Source: TPA_inf: Saccharomyces
Lineage: Eukaryota
Length of the DNA stretch: 64,000 bases
Assembly (NCBI GenBank): GCA_000146045.2
Contig: BK006944.2
Location: forward strand, 256,001 to 320,000
Reading direction: 5' to 3'
The first letter of the stretch is position 1. Each line of letters begins with the position of its first letter. The notes under the pieces were generated by a model. The model had not been told where the DNA came from. It saw nothing but the letters and a program-made list of their open reading frames with translations, and did no database searches. Positions 51,285 to 61,763 of this stretch are shown piece after piece. The position numbers were made by a program, and so were the translations under genes.

Positions 51285-51827
51285 ATGGGCTCATCAACCG
51301 GGTTTCATCATGCCGATCATGTTAACTATTCTTCAAATCTGAATAAGGAAGAAATTCTAGAACAGCTTCTGCTTTCATACGAGGGGCTATCAGATGGACA
51401 AGTCAATTGGGTTTGTAATTTGTCAAACGCTTCGTCATTGATCTGGCATGCGTACAAGTCATTAGCTGTTGATATCAATTGGGCTGGATTTTACGTTACT
51501 CAAGCTAGCGAAGAAAACACACTGATATTGGGCCCATTTCAAGGAAAGGTCGCTTGCCAAATGATTCAATTCGGTAAAGGTGTTTGCGGAACTGCAGCCT
51601 CTACAAAGGAAACGCAGATTGTTCCAGATGTCAACAAGTATCCCGGTCATATTGCGTGCGACGGTGAAACCAAGAGCGAAATTGTTGTTCCAATCATATC
51701 CAATGATGGTAAGACATTGGGCGTCATAGACATAGATTGTTTGGATTACGAAGGATTCGACCACGTAGACAAAGAATTCCTAGAAAAACTTGCTAAATTA
51801 ATTAATAAATCATGTGTCTTTAAATAA
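51285..51827 (+). CDS. YKL069W: Free methionine-(R)-sulfoxide reductase (GAF domain), 180 aa
   Basis: GAF-domain fRMsr with catalytic cysteines (…ACQMIQFGKGVCGTAA…; …IDCLDYEGF…). Matches YKL069W. Confidence 0.85.
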   Translation: MGSSTGFHHADHVNYSSNLNKEEILEQLLLSYEGLSDGQVNWVCNLSNASSLIWHAYKSLAVDINWAGFYVTQASEENTLILGPFQGKVACQMIQFGKGVCGTAASTKETQIVPDVNKYPGHIACDGETKSEIVVPIISNDGKTLGVIDIDCLDYEGFDHVDKEFLEKLAKLINKSCVFK

Positions 51828-52143
51828 GAGTTTTGAGAACGAACAAGTATTTACGCACATAACCAATATTCCCATGTAGCTCTCTTGTCAAATATATTGT
51901 CGGACGGGCACGAATAGAGATAAACATCAAGAAAGATTGAGGGGCTTCAGGAGATCATTGGTGAAGAAAACATTCCCTGTTCGCCAAATTGACAGCTCTC
52001 AATCTTTATTTGTAACCCTTATTGCAAATTTATGGCATGTTTACCCTCAAACAAAGGATATTCAGCATTTATTAAAAATATCTTTGCTTGGTAAGAAAAA
52101 AACGTCAACGAAAATGACGGAGATATCTGACGGAAAAAAAAAT

Positions 52144-52217
52144 TGATTTCGCCCAGGATCGAACTGGGGACGTTCTGCGTGTTAAGCAGATGCCATAACC
52201 GACTAGACCACGAAACC
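52144..52217 (-). tRNA. tV(AAC)K: tRNA-Val (anticodon AAC)
   Basis: The reverse complement GGTTTCGTGGTCTAGTCGGTTATGGCATCTGCTTAACACGCAGAACGTCCCCAGTTCGATCCTGGGCGAAATCA forms a cloverleaf with the anticodon loop CTTAACAC. A T10 terminator follows on the minus strand (52131-52140). Confidence 0.95.
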
Positions 52218-52900
52218 ACTTAATTGTTGAATAACGGACATCTAAAGTCATATCTATAGTGCAGCAAGTTCTTCTTCAGCTCACCCCAGTCTCGCTAAAG
52301 GCATGCTTACTTTGCCGTAAAGAAGAAAGGAACGTTCAAAATGTGTTTGATGCGTAACTGTGATGATTTTCTATCATTTACTTGCATGATATCGGTGAAA
52401 ATTCTAGCTAGATTTATCAATGCATAGAAGCAGTAAGTGATGCCACAGATATGAGCTTTTCTCTGTGGCGAGGTCTTTGAGAAATTAAGTGGCTTGTACA
52501 GTTTTCACATGACGATTGGAAATGTTGAAAAAAGAGCCTAAAAATAGGCCTTATCGAACAACATTAAACTAATAATCTTCTGGATGCGATAGTCTTACTT
52601 GATAAAAATCATTGGCGATATTGTGTTACCTGGATTATCAAGCTCGCCACTAAAGGTGTCTGGATCCTTACTCAATACAAAGTCCAAGGAAAGGTGTGCC
52701 ACAGGAAGAGGTAGCATCCCTTTATTTCTTTTCAAGGAAAGAAGCATTTTCAATCACATATGTATACAATAGTCTTCCGTGTGGCTGCACCGCACCACCT
52801 TGCAGGTCCCGTGTATGTAGGAGTCGCATGCGAATAAAAAATTGAGAAAGATCATGGGGTTTTTTGTTCACGCGGGCCGCAGTTGTGGCTCCTCTGTCAC

Positions 52901-52928
52901 TTTTTTGCCCTCTGCTAAGGGCAAAAAA
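52901..52928. repeat. Perfect hairpin / inverted repeat: arms TTTTTTGCCCT and AGGGCAAAAAA (11 bp each) with a 6-nt loop CTGCTA, then an A9 run
   Basis: Direct reading. The arms are exact reverse complements. It is embedded in a short GC-rich block (52860-52930) in an otherwise AT-rich intergenic. Confidence 0.85.
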
Positions 52929-53205
52929 GAAAAAAAAACGCAACGAGAAAATTAAAAGTGTGGCATTTCGACATCTATCGCCATTCGTGCGGCCATTTCT
53001 CGAAACAACGCTAAACTTTTGTTTCGACTGTGAGGCCCTAGAACAGTTCGATTCTGATGTAGGCAATGGAAGAAACAATCATATATAACTACAGAACCTA
53101 ATGTTACATGCTTGCATCTCTCAGCTCCCGCGAATTTTCAAGTGAGACTTAATGGTAGCCATCTAGTAACTCATAAATCAACGACATTATATATCATCAA
53201 CTACA

Positions 53206-53442
53206 ATGCAGGCAAACCATTCCGTCAGTTACCTTTACGAATCAAGTACTTCAAAGAGGTCAAATGGGCTCTTTTCTCAAACACAAAAGCAAGGAAGTTT
53301 TCAAAAAGCTTTAAGTCAAACTCAGGAAGAAATAGAAGATGAAGACCTGATGGTAGACCTCAACACAGGATCTTTAACTCCCGTTAAGTTAAAATATTGG
53401 ACTCAAATGAGTGCTATGACGGAAAAATTTGGTAAACTGTGA
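53206..53442 (+). CDS. YKL068W-A: Small ORF, 78 aa, corresponding to YKL068W-A (unknown function)
   Basis: ORF-track entry in the tV(AAC)K to NUP100 interval. Its length matches my memory of YKL068W-A. I found no motif. Confidence 0.45.
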   Translation: MQANHSVSYLYESSTSKRSNGLFSQTQKQGSFQKALSQTQEEIEDEDLMVDLNTGSLTPVKLKYWTQMSAMTEKFGKL

Positions 53443-54198
53443 GACCAATTTTGGCGGTAATTTCGTTTAGCTGTTTTATTTTCACATTTTTAATTGTCAA
53501 TGCTGGAGGTTGTTAAAGTTTGGCTAGCTGTTCTGAACAATCCTTGTATACCGGTGAGACTTTTTGTTATAGATATTGGCGATATTCATTTTTTAGGAAG
53601 GTGTTTTTATAGATTTTTCAATTTTTTTTGTGTAGATGCATGTTTTGATTACTTATGCATAGTACGAATTTTTAGTTTATTAAGCTATAGAGGTTTTTTT
53701 TTTTTTCACCTCTTTACCACAAATTTAATAGCTATTGTGTAGAATAACTTTTAATGGAAAACATTTGCAGTATTTTAGTATTTTTCTACCTGTTTATTGC
53801 AAGTAAGGGCAGCATTATCCTGATAGGAGTAGAGGTTAACCGCACATCGGAATGAGACTTCTCCAAGAACGTTCTCAAAGTAAAACATTTAGCATTAGGA
53901 AATTTCTTTGGTCGATTATTAGACAAAGATTAGATTGTATTATGTTCTGATGCTTAGTTAGAACGGAAAGTGTTACCCATCTTGCAATCACCGTGACACC
54001 TTAAATATTTGCCGTAAGCGAAGAAAAAAAGCATGAAAAAAAAAAGCATATTTATGCTGAAGTCATCTACAAATGACCACCGCTTTTGGACCTGAAGAGG
54101 AGAAGAAAATAACATATCGTAGAACAGTCTTTGTTAACCAAAATATTTTAGCTTTGATTCCGGACTATTAGTACATTGAATTTTTTCAGGTACTAACA

Positions 54199-57078
54199 AT
54201 GTTTGGCAACAATAGACCAATGTTTGGAGGGAGCAACCTTTCCTTTGGATCAAATACGTCATCCTTCGGTGGGCAACAATCGCAACAACCAAACTCTCTT
54301 TTTGGAAATAGCAATAACAACAACAATTCCACCAGTAACAATGCCCAATCAGGATTTGGTGGATTCACTTCTGCCGCTGGCAGTAATAGTAACAGTTTAT
54401 TTGGAAATAACAATACTCAAAATAATGGGGCATTTGGCCAGTCAATGGGTGCCACCCAAAACTCACCATTTGGGTCGTTAAACTCCTCAAATGCCAGTAA
54501 TGGGAACACTTTTGGAGGATCCAGTTCAATGGGTTCTTTTGGTGGTAATACCAATAATGCATTTAATAATAACAGTAACAGTACCAATTCCCCGTTTGGT
54601 TTCAATAAACCGAATACAGGAGGGACCTTGTTTGGTTCGCAGAATAATAATAGTGCAGGTACTTCTAGTTTATTTGGCGGCCAAAGTACAAGTACCACTG
54701 GCACATTCGGAAACACCGGAAGTAGTTTCGGAACAGGCTTAAATGGCAACGGCTCTAACATATTTGGGGCAGGGAACAACTCACAAAGCAATACTACCGG
54801 CAGCTTGTTTGGCAACCAACAATCTTCAGCGTTTGGGACAAATAATCAACAAGGAAGTCTATTTGGACAGCAATCTCAAAACACCAATAATGCGTTTGGT
54901 AATCAAAATCAGCTGGGGGGCAGTTCCTTCGGATCAAAACCAGTTGGTTCAGGGTCGCTGTTTGGCCAGAGCAACAACACTTTAGGTAATACAACCAATA
55001 ATAGAAATGGATTGTTTGGTCAAATGAATTCCAGTAACCAAGGCAGTTCTAACAGTGGATTGTTTGGACAAAACTCGATGAACAGCAGCACTCAAGGGGT
55101 ATTTGGACAAAACAATAATCAAATGCAAATTAATGGCAATAACAACAACAGTTTATTTGGAAAGGCAAACACCTTTTCAAATTCCGCATCAGGAGGTTTA
55201 TTTGGCCAAAATAATCAACAGCAAGGGTCCGGGCTGTTTGGTCAAAATTCTCAGACAAGCGGTAGTAGTGGACTTTTTGGGCAGAATAATCAGAAACAGC
55301 CCAATACTTTTACCCAATCTAATACAGGAATAGGTCTCTTTGGACAGAACAACAACCAGCAACAACAATCTACAGGTTTGTTTGGAGCCAAACCAGCAGG
55401 TACCACAGGATCTCTTTTCGGTGGTAATTCATCAACCCAGCCTAACTCTCTTTTCGGTACTACCAATGTACCTACCTCTAATACACAGTCACAACAAGGA
55501 AATAGTCTTTTTGGTGCCACGAAGCTGACCAACATGCCCTTTGGAGGAAATCCCACTGCAAACCAGTCAGGGAGTGGAAACAGTCTATTCGGAACTAAAC
55601 CTGCCTCCACTACCGGCTCATTATTTGGAAACAACACAGCTTCTACGACAGTACCTTCCACGAATGGATTGTTTGGTAACAACGCTAACAATTCAACTAG
55701 CACTACGAATACGGGACTTTTCGGTGCAAAGCCTGATTCTCAGTCCAAACCTGCATTAGGGGGAGGGTTATTCGGCAATTCAAACTCGAATTCTTCCACA
55801 ATCGGCCAAAACAAACCAGTTTTTGGAGGCACAACCCAAAATACAGGACTCTTTGGCGCCACCGGCACGAACTCTTCAGCAGTTGGTTCAACTGGTAAAC
55901 TTTTTGGCCAGAATAATAATACGCTTAATGTTGGTACACAAAATGTACCACCTGTGAACAATACCACCCAAAACGCCCTTTTGGGTACAACGGCAGTTCC
56001 TTCCCTACAACAAGCCCCAGTAACTAATGAACAGCTTTTTTCCAAAATATCAATCCCTAACTCTATTACAAATCCAGTTAAAGCAACAACTTCAAAAGTG
56101 AACGCAGATATGAAAAGAAATAGTAGCCTCACGTCTGCCTATAGACTTGCCCCAAAGCCGTTATTTGCTCCCTCTTCGAATGGCGATGCTAAATTTCAAA
56201 AGTGGGGCAAGACACTGGAAAGAAGTGATAGAGGAAGCAGTACCAGCAATTCTATTACGGACCCAGAATCAAGCTATCTAAATTCAAACGACTTGTTGTT
56301 TGATCCAGATAGAAGATATTTGAAACATCTGGTGATTAAAAATAATAAGAACTTAAATGTCATTAACCATAATGATGATGAAGCAAGCAAAGTTAAATTA
56401 GTGACGTTTACAACAGAATCAGCTTCAAAAGATGACCAAGCCTCATCAAGCATTGCTGCTTCAAAATTAACTGAAAAAGCACATTCTCCTCAGACTGACC
56501 TAAAAGATGATCATGATGAAAGCACTCCTGATCCTCAATCGAAATCTCCAAATGGTTCCACCTCTATACCAATGATTGAGAATGAAAAGATTAGCAGCAA
56601 AGTTCCCGGCCTATTGAGCAACGACGTTACCTTTTTCAAGAATAACTACTACATTTCACCTTCCATAGAAACGCTTGGCAATAAGTCATTAATTGAACTT
56701 CGTAAAATAAACAACCTAGTCATTGGTCACAGAAATTATGGTAAAGTCGAGTTTCTGGAGCCCGTTGATTTGTTGAATACTCCTTTGGATACTTTATGCG
56801 GGGATCTTGTCACCTTTGGACCAAAATCATGTTCAATATATGAAAACTGTTCCATAAAGCCAGAAAAGGGCGAAGGCATTAATGTACGTTGTAGAGTGAC
56901 TTTATATTCCTGTTTTCCTATTGACAAAGAAACAAGGAAACCTATAAAGAATATAACACATCCTCTACTGAAAAGAAGTATAGCCAAACTAAAAGAAAAC
57001 CCAGTGTACAAGTTTGAAAGCTATGACCCCGTAACAGGCACCTATAGTTACACCATAGATCACCCAGTTTTAACTTAA
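54199..57078 (+). CDS. NUP100: Nup100, GLFG-repeat nucleoporin with C-terminal Nup98-type autoproteolytic/NPC-targeting domain, 959 aa
   Basis: >40 SLFG/GLFG/FG repeats in Asn/Gln/Ser/Thr-rich spacers across the N-terminal ~600 aa, then a structured C-terminal domain (…HRNYGKVEFLEPVDLL…). Confidence 0.95.
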   Translation: MFGNNRPMFGGSNLSFGSNTSSFGGQQSQQPNSLFGNSNNNNNSTSNNAQSGFGGFTSAAGSNSNSLFGNNNTQNNGAFGQSMGATQNSPFGSLNSSNASNGNTFGGSSSMGSFGGNTNNAFNNNSNSTNSPFGFNKPNTGGTLFGSQNNNSAGTSSLFGGQSTSTTGTFGNTGSSFGTGLNGNGSNIFGAGNNSQSNTTGSLFGNQQSSAFGTNNQQGSLFGQQSQNTNNAFGNQNQLGGSSFGSKPVGSGSLFGQSNNTLGNTTNNRNGLFGQMNSSNQGSSNSGLFGQNSMNSSTQGVFGQNNNQMQINGNNNNSLFGKANTFSNSASGGLFGQNNQQQGSGLFGQNSQTSGSSGLFGQNNQKQPNTFTQSNTGIGLFGQNNNQQQQSTGLFGAKPAGTTGSLFGGNSSTQPNSLFGTTNVPTSNTQSQQGNSLFGATKLTNMPFGGNPTANQSGSGNSLFGTKPASTTGSLFGNNTASTTVPSTNGLFGNNANNSTSTTNTGLFGAKPDSQSKPALGGGLFGNSNSNSSTIGQNKPVFGGTTQNTGLFGATGTNSSAVGSTGKLFGQNNNTLNVGTQNVPPVNNTTQNALLGTTAVPSLQQAPVTNEQLFSKISIPNSITNPVKATTSKVNADMKRNSSLTSAYRLAPKPLFAPSSNGDAKFQKWGKTLERSDRGSSTSNSITDPESSYLNSNDLLFDPDRRYLKHLVIKNNKNLNVINHNDDEASKVKLVTFTTESASKDDQASSSIAASKLTEKAHSPQTDLKDDHDESTPDPQSKSPNGSTSIPMIENEKISSKVPGLLSNDVTFFKNNYYISPSIETLGNKSLIELRKINNLVIGHRNYGKVEFLEPVDLLNTPLDTLCGDLVTFGPKSCSIYENCSIKPEKGEGINVRCRVTLYSCFPIDKETRKPIKNITHPLLKRSIAKLKENPVYKFESYDPVTGTYSYTIDHPVLT

Positions 57079-57400
57079 ACCGGAATAATTTTTGTAGAGA
57101 ATCCTTGTATCGTCTAAGTAGTCTAGATGTTCAGCTGATAGATTTTCGTTGTATTGTATATATAATAATTGTCGGAAAACAAAAATACTTAATTGTAATT
57201 GTGTGACCGAAAATGCCTGATCAACAGCCATGGCACATTTGAATGGGATTTTGAGGAGACAAAAATGAAGAGGTTCTATAACCTTTGTAGAAGAACATTG
57301 ACCTCTTTTCAATGAAGGTTGGTGGCATCGCCAGATGCAGAAAGGTTGTCTCATGAAATAAAAACGGACAGACCATGAAGGCTAAAGGAAAAAAATAAAA

Positions 57401-57472
57401 TGCCATCTCCTAGAATCGAACCAGGGTTTCATCGGCCACAACGATGTGTACTAACCACTATACTAAGATGGC
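57401..57472 (-). tRNA. tH(GUG)K: tRNA-His (anticodon GUG)
   Basis: The reverse complement GCCATCTTAGTATAGTGGTTAGTACACATCGTTGTGGCCGATGAAACCCTGGTTCGATTCTAGGAGATGGCA shows the anticodon loop TTGTGGC. The T-run terminator TTTTATTTTTTT lies downstream on the minus strand. Confidence 0.95.
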
Positions 57473-57601
57473 AAACAACTGTGAAGTTTTTGGTTACATC
57501 TGCACATCTGGTTGAATAAATATTATGTACTCTTTGCTTTTTTATGTTAAACCTACAAGTGGTGACTGTAAAGAAGCATTACAACGTAGAACTGATAAAG
57601 G

Positions 57602-57918
57602 GGAGAAATATGTGAGTTGTTAGATAATTGTTGGGATTCCATTGCTGCTAAAGGCTATAATATTGGTATACAGAATATACTAGAAGTTCTCCTCGAGGAT
57701 ATAGGAATCCACAAAAGGGAATCGATAGTTCTACATAATGTTATTATTTTATCTTCCTTCCTTTTATATGTTGTCATTCATTATCCTATTACATTATCAA
57801 TCCTTGCATTTCAGCTTCCATTAGATCGGATGACTGTTTCTCAATCTTTATGTCATCTTCTCACACCGCATGTGATAATATAATATTAAATAGATGATAT
57901 TAGAGTTCAATTCCAACA
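57602..57918 (-). mobile_element. Solo Ty1/Ty2 delta LTR (degenerate), ~140 bp upstream of tH(GUG)K; flanked by 5-bp direct repeat AAAGG (57597-57601 and 57919-57923)
   Basis: The plus strand reads GAGAAATATGTGAGTTGTTAGATAATTGTTGGGATTCCATTGCTGCTAAAGGCTATAATATTGGTATACAGAATATACTAGAAGTTCTCCTCGAGGATATAGGAATCC...TTCCAACA, which is an inverted delta. The flanking repeat is consistent with a target-site duplication. Confidence 0.8.
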
Positions 57919-58192
57919 AAAGGGGAGTAGTTACATAAGCTTTCCGTAATGGTGAATTTATAGCAGTTTCCTTCTCGATGAAAGGAAGGGAAAGAATTAA
58001 ATATACTCGAATGCTTGTACCACTCCATTTCCCCATTTATCACATTTAAAGTTACGAGTAAAAAAGTGACCGATATAGAATGTCTGATGAAAGAGCAAAT
58101 GAAAGAAACATCAAGAAAGCATATTGAAATTAGCAAGTGAAAGCAAAAAAAGTAGATGAGTAAGCATTATAATGCGTCCAGTCTGACTTTTT

Positions 58193-58524
58193 TGTTGGAA
58201 TAAAAATCAACTATCATCTACTAACTAGTATTTACGTTGCTAGTATATTATCATATACGGTGTTAGAAGCTGGCGCAAATGATGAGAAATAGTCATCTAA
58301 ATTAGTGGAAGCTGAAACGCAAGGATTGATAATGTAATAGGATCAATGAATGTTAACATATAAAACGATGATAATAATATTTATAGAATTGTGTAGAATT
58401 ACAGATTCCCTTTTATGGATTCCTAAATCCTTGAGGAGAACTTCTAGTATATCTACATACCTAATATTATAGCCTTAATCACAATGGAATCCCAACAATT
58501 ACATCAGAATCCACTGAGTCTTCA
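58193..58524 (+). mobile_element. Solo Ty1 delta LTR, ~720 bp upstream of tH(GUG)K, in inverted orientation relative to the first delta; flanked by TTTTT/TTTTT
   Basis: TGTTGGAATAAAAATCAACTATCATCTACTAACTAGTATTTACGTTGCTAGTATATTATCATATACGGTGTTAGAAG...CAATGGAATCCCAACAATTACATCAGAATCCACTGAGTCTTCA. Confidence 0.9.
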
Positions 58525-58811
58525 TTTTTTCCTATTTTTTGAATTAATTTTTGTTCGTATCCATTGGGCTGGCGAGCAAGTCCATCAAATAAAAAGGCGC
58601 GTAATTCGCTTCGTTTCGTGTCTTCGAAAATGAAGACCAGTTTTCCTCCTTAAAAGTACTTTAATTCGGAGAGCCGATTATATAAAGTGAAAGACTTAGT
58701 ACTTCGTTAGCTCATATCGTTTTCTTATTTTGAAATAGGTTATCTATAGAATACTTTATCAAGTTATCAGGTTCTTTCCGGAAAAACATCTCATAAATCA
58801 TCCCTGGAAAA

Positions 58812-59273
58812 ATGTCTAGTCAAACAGAAAGAACTTTTATTGCGGTAAAACCAGATGGTGTCCAGAGGGGCTTAGTATCTCAAATTCTATCTCGTTTTGA
58901 AAAAAAAGGTTACAAACTAGTTGCTATTAAATTAGTTAAAGCGGATGATAAATTACTAGAGCAACATTACGCAGAGCATGTTGGTAAACCATTTTTCCCA
59001 AAGATGGTATCCTTTATGAAGTCTGGTCCCATTTTGGCCACGGTCTGGGAGGGAAAAGATGTGGTTAGACAAGGAAGAACTATTCTTGGTGCTACTAATC
59101 CTTTGGGCAGTGCACCAGGTACCATTAGAGGTGATTTCGGTATTGACCTAGGCAGAAACGTCTGTCACGGCAGTGATTCTGTTGATAGCGCTGAACGTGA
59201 AATCAATTTGTGGTTTAAGAAGGAAGAGTTAGTTGATTGGGAATCTAATCAAGCTAAGTGGATTTATGAATGA
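58812..59273 (+). CDS. YNK1: Nucleoside diphosphate kinase, 153 aa
   Basis: [17 protein letters not shown]..., NVCHGSDSV active-site His motif, ...GTIRGDF. Confidence 0.95.
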   Translation: MSSQTERTFIAVKPDGVQRGLVSQILSRFEKKGYKLVAIKLVKADDKLLEQHYAEHVGKPFFPKMVSFMKSGPILATVWEGKDVVRQGRTILGATNPLGSAPGTIRGDFGIDLGRNVCHGSDSVDSAEREINLWFKKEELVDWESNQAKWIYE

Positions 59274-59950
59274 ATAACTTATGGCATGGGAGGGTACATA
59301 TGAGCGCCTTTTTTTTCTCGCTTTGGGCAGCTCATATCATGTTCCCTCACTAGCTAATAATATAATGAATTTTTTAGAAGGAGCACGATTATATAAAAAA
59401 AATACCACTTATGTTGCTACCCTTATATACGAATTTATAATACTTAATGACGCTTCAATGACGCCTGATGTCAAATGCTTTTGGCTCCCAGTGAAATTGC
59501 CACACTTCCTTCTTCTTTCCGAACTTTATAGTATCATCGAAAAATACAAGTTGGCAAAGGTCTATTACAATCGCGGAACGTACGATGTTCATACGGTTTC
59601 AGCGAATAGTCTTGTAATATCCGGAAGCATGCCTACCGGCATTATTATAGGTAGTTCATCGCCCTTGGACTATGTAGGGGTACAAGTAAATAGGCAACTT
59701 GAAATGGATCTCCCTATTGAATGAAACATTTAAGGGTGCCCAACCCTTAAGTTGATAGAGCTACTACCGTTCTTTTAGGTTTAACAGTTTCTCCAATAAA
59801 TTTGGCAATATGCAGGGATCCCAAATTGAAATTTCTGGCGGAATGTATATATTAGACTTGCAGCTGAGTTTTATCGCGTACACTATTCTAGGGACTTTGG
59901 ACCTAACTCTGACAACAAAAACTCAAGTAAAAAAAAGCTTACATTTTTAA

Positions 59951-60175
59951 ATGATGAGATCTAATATTTTGAAATTATTACAACGGACAAGTAGGAGATA
60001 TGTATCCTCAAAGGATTTTGAGCCTGTGATAGGGTCTAATCCTAAGAAACAAACATCTAGACTAATGGTCGGTTCTGTGGGTGTTATGATTCCAGTTCTA
60101 CTTTATTTGTTTTATAAGAACGATAGCAAACATAGTGAAATTAAAAAGATATACCAAAATGAGAAAAAAATTTAA
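59951..60175 (+). CDS. YKL065W-A: Small ORF, 74 aa with one predicted TM segment, corresponding to YKL065W-A
   Basis: ORF-track entry between YNK1 and YET1. It has a hydrophobic stretch, [18 protein letters not shown]. Its position fits YKL065W-A. Confidence 0.5.
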
Positions 60176-60436
60176 AAAGTTGTTATATAAGGGTTTTCGT
60201 ATATAACACAGAATGGTAAACCGAGTCACGAAGCTCAATCTTTTTTTTTTATGTCTTTCTCTAACGTTTTTTCGTCTATATTCAAAAAAAATAAAGTTGG
60301 TAACATATAATGCATATATTCATTTGATCTAATCGCTTGCTTTTTATTTCAGTAGCATTTTCGTATTGCGTCGCGACCAGAGAAGTATGAGCACCAGAGG
60401 TAACACGTATATACATTTATACATAAATATATCTAT

Positions 60437-61057
60437 TTAGTTTCCTTTCTTGGAAGCTTCAGCAGCTGCTACATTTCCAGGTTGATTCTTCTCATCAAAA
60501 TATTTCTCCAGGTTTTTGACTTGCTTTTGTAGGCCCTCCAGAGAAATTTGCTTTTTCCTTAGTTCCTCTTGAAGTTTGGTGGAATCAGCTTCATTTGAGT
60601 CTTTCTTGCTGTTTGAGGAAGGTTTGTTCAATTTTTGCTTTTCTTGTTCGTTGATTAAGCCTTGGTATTTCACCAGTCTCTTGACAATAGACATGACAGT
60701 TGGGATACAGATAGAAAAGTACAATATGAACCCGGAAATATACATATTTCTTTGATTGTACGCTCTTGATGCTAGTGCCTGTATTGGAGTTACAGCAGAT
60801 GACCCGATTGAGCCACTGTTGTCGTTGTGGTATAATGAAACACGAATTTGAGACCTTTTCCATGAATCAATAAACAACAGGCCAACAAGACAACCCGTTA
60901 TAAAGATTATAGTTTTTATTTGCTGCTTCGCTGTCAATTGGTTATAGGTGCTAAAAATACCCCTACGGATCCGGAATGGCAAAGGCAAAACGAAGATGAA
61001 GAGCATTACCATCTCAACAGTGAGCAATAAAAATAATGTCGTAAAGTATAAACTCAT
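60437..61057 (-). CDS. YET1: Yet1, ER membrane BAP31 homolog (3 TM segments plus C-terminal coiled coil, KKxx-like end), 206 aa
   Basis: MSLYFTTLFLLLTVEMVMLFIFVLPLP..., with a C-terminal coiled coil and a KKGN terminus. Confidence 0.9.
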   Translation of the reverse strand: MSLYFTTLFLLLTVEMVMLFIFVLPLPFRIRRGIFSTYNQLTAKQQIKTIIFITGCLVGLLFIDSWKRSQIRVSLYHNDNSGSIGSSAVTPIQALASRAYNQRNMYISGFILYFSICIPTVMSIVKRLVKYQGLINEQEKQKLNKPSSNSKKDSNEADSTKLQEELRKKQISLEGLQKQVKNLEKYFDEKNQPGNVAAAEASKKGN

Positions 61058-61763
61058 CGCAATATTATTTATTCTTCTCGGTTTTCAGTACTTGCCACTT
61101 TGCGAAAGGATAGCAGAAAGGAGCGTTGCAATGAACGAATAGCTTTAAACCAGAAACTATACAAGGTCCCACTTGGCATATATTTCTATTTTTGCACTGC
61201 GCCAGAGGGTTTAGTAGCGCCCCCTTTATGTTAACGTATCCTGTGATATAGCATGCAGCTGCGGGTTACATGTAAATTGTTCAGGGCATAAGCAGTACGT
61301 ATCGAGGAGGTAAAAGACGTTGCAAGTAGGTAGATAGTACAATATAGATAAGCCCAACAGTTTGCGTACGCCTTAAAAGTAGTGGTGTTCTGCGTTTATG
61401 TTCTCTCCCTTCTTTTCTATCTAGGTTTTTATGGCGCACTTAAAATATTCTGCTGCTTCAACGGGCGGCGATCTACGGAGAAATTTTTGGCATAAAGTCA
61501 AACTTAGAAAGAGCACATAAGCCATAACTTCTTTTTGATATGTGAAACCTAGCCCAGGTTGTCGTTAGTAGTACCTGGCCCTTTAAATATATTTTTGTAC
61601 TATCGTATACTTGTATAACTATTCATCATTTTCTGGTTTGGTAGTCCGCATTTTTTCATTTGATGACTAAGTTGTACGTATTGCTACACTGAGTTTATCC
61701 CCTTACTTCGACAGTAAATTGAGAGAATAAAAGTGAGAAGTGTAGAGAAGAAAAAGATTAAAA

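Noticed and set aside
54365-56132. Multiple 60-137-aa ORFs on both strands within NUP100
   Set aside because: They are by-products of the periodic GLFG-repeat DNA. All lie inside the NUP100 coding region.
57448-58222. TACTAAC heptamers at ~57451 and ~58214 as possible intron branchpoints
   Set aside because: They lie inside the tRNA-His gene body and inside a delta LTR, a known LTR sequence. There is no upstream GTATGY in a coding context.
59281-59724. 147-aa ORF immediately after the YNK1 stop (YKL066W-like)
   Set aside because: It starts 8 nt after the YNK1 stop codon, inside the YNK1 3'UTR and terminator region, and has no promoter space or motifs. It is a likely dubious ORF. I gave it low confidence and did not list it as a feature.
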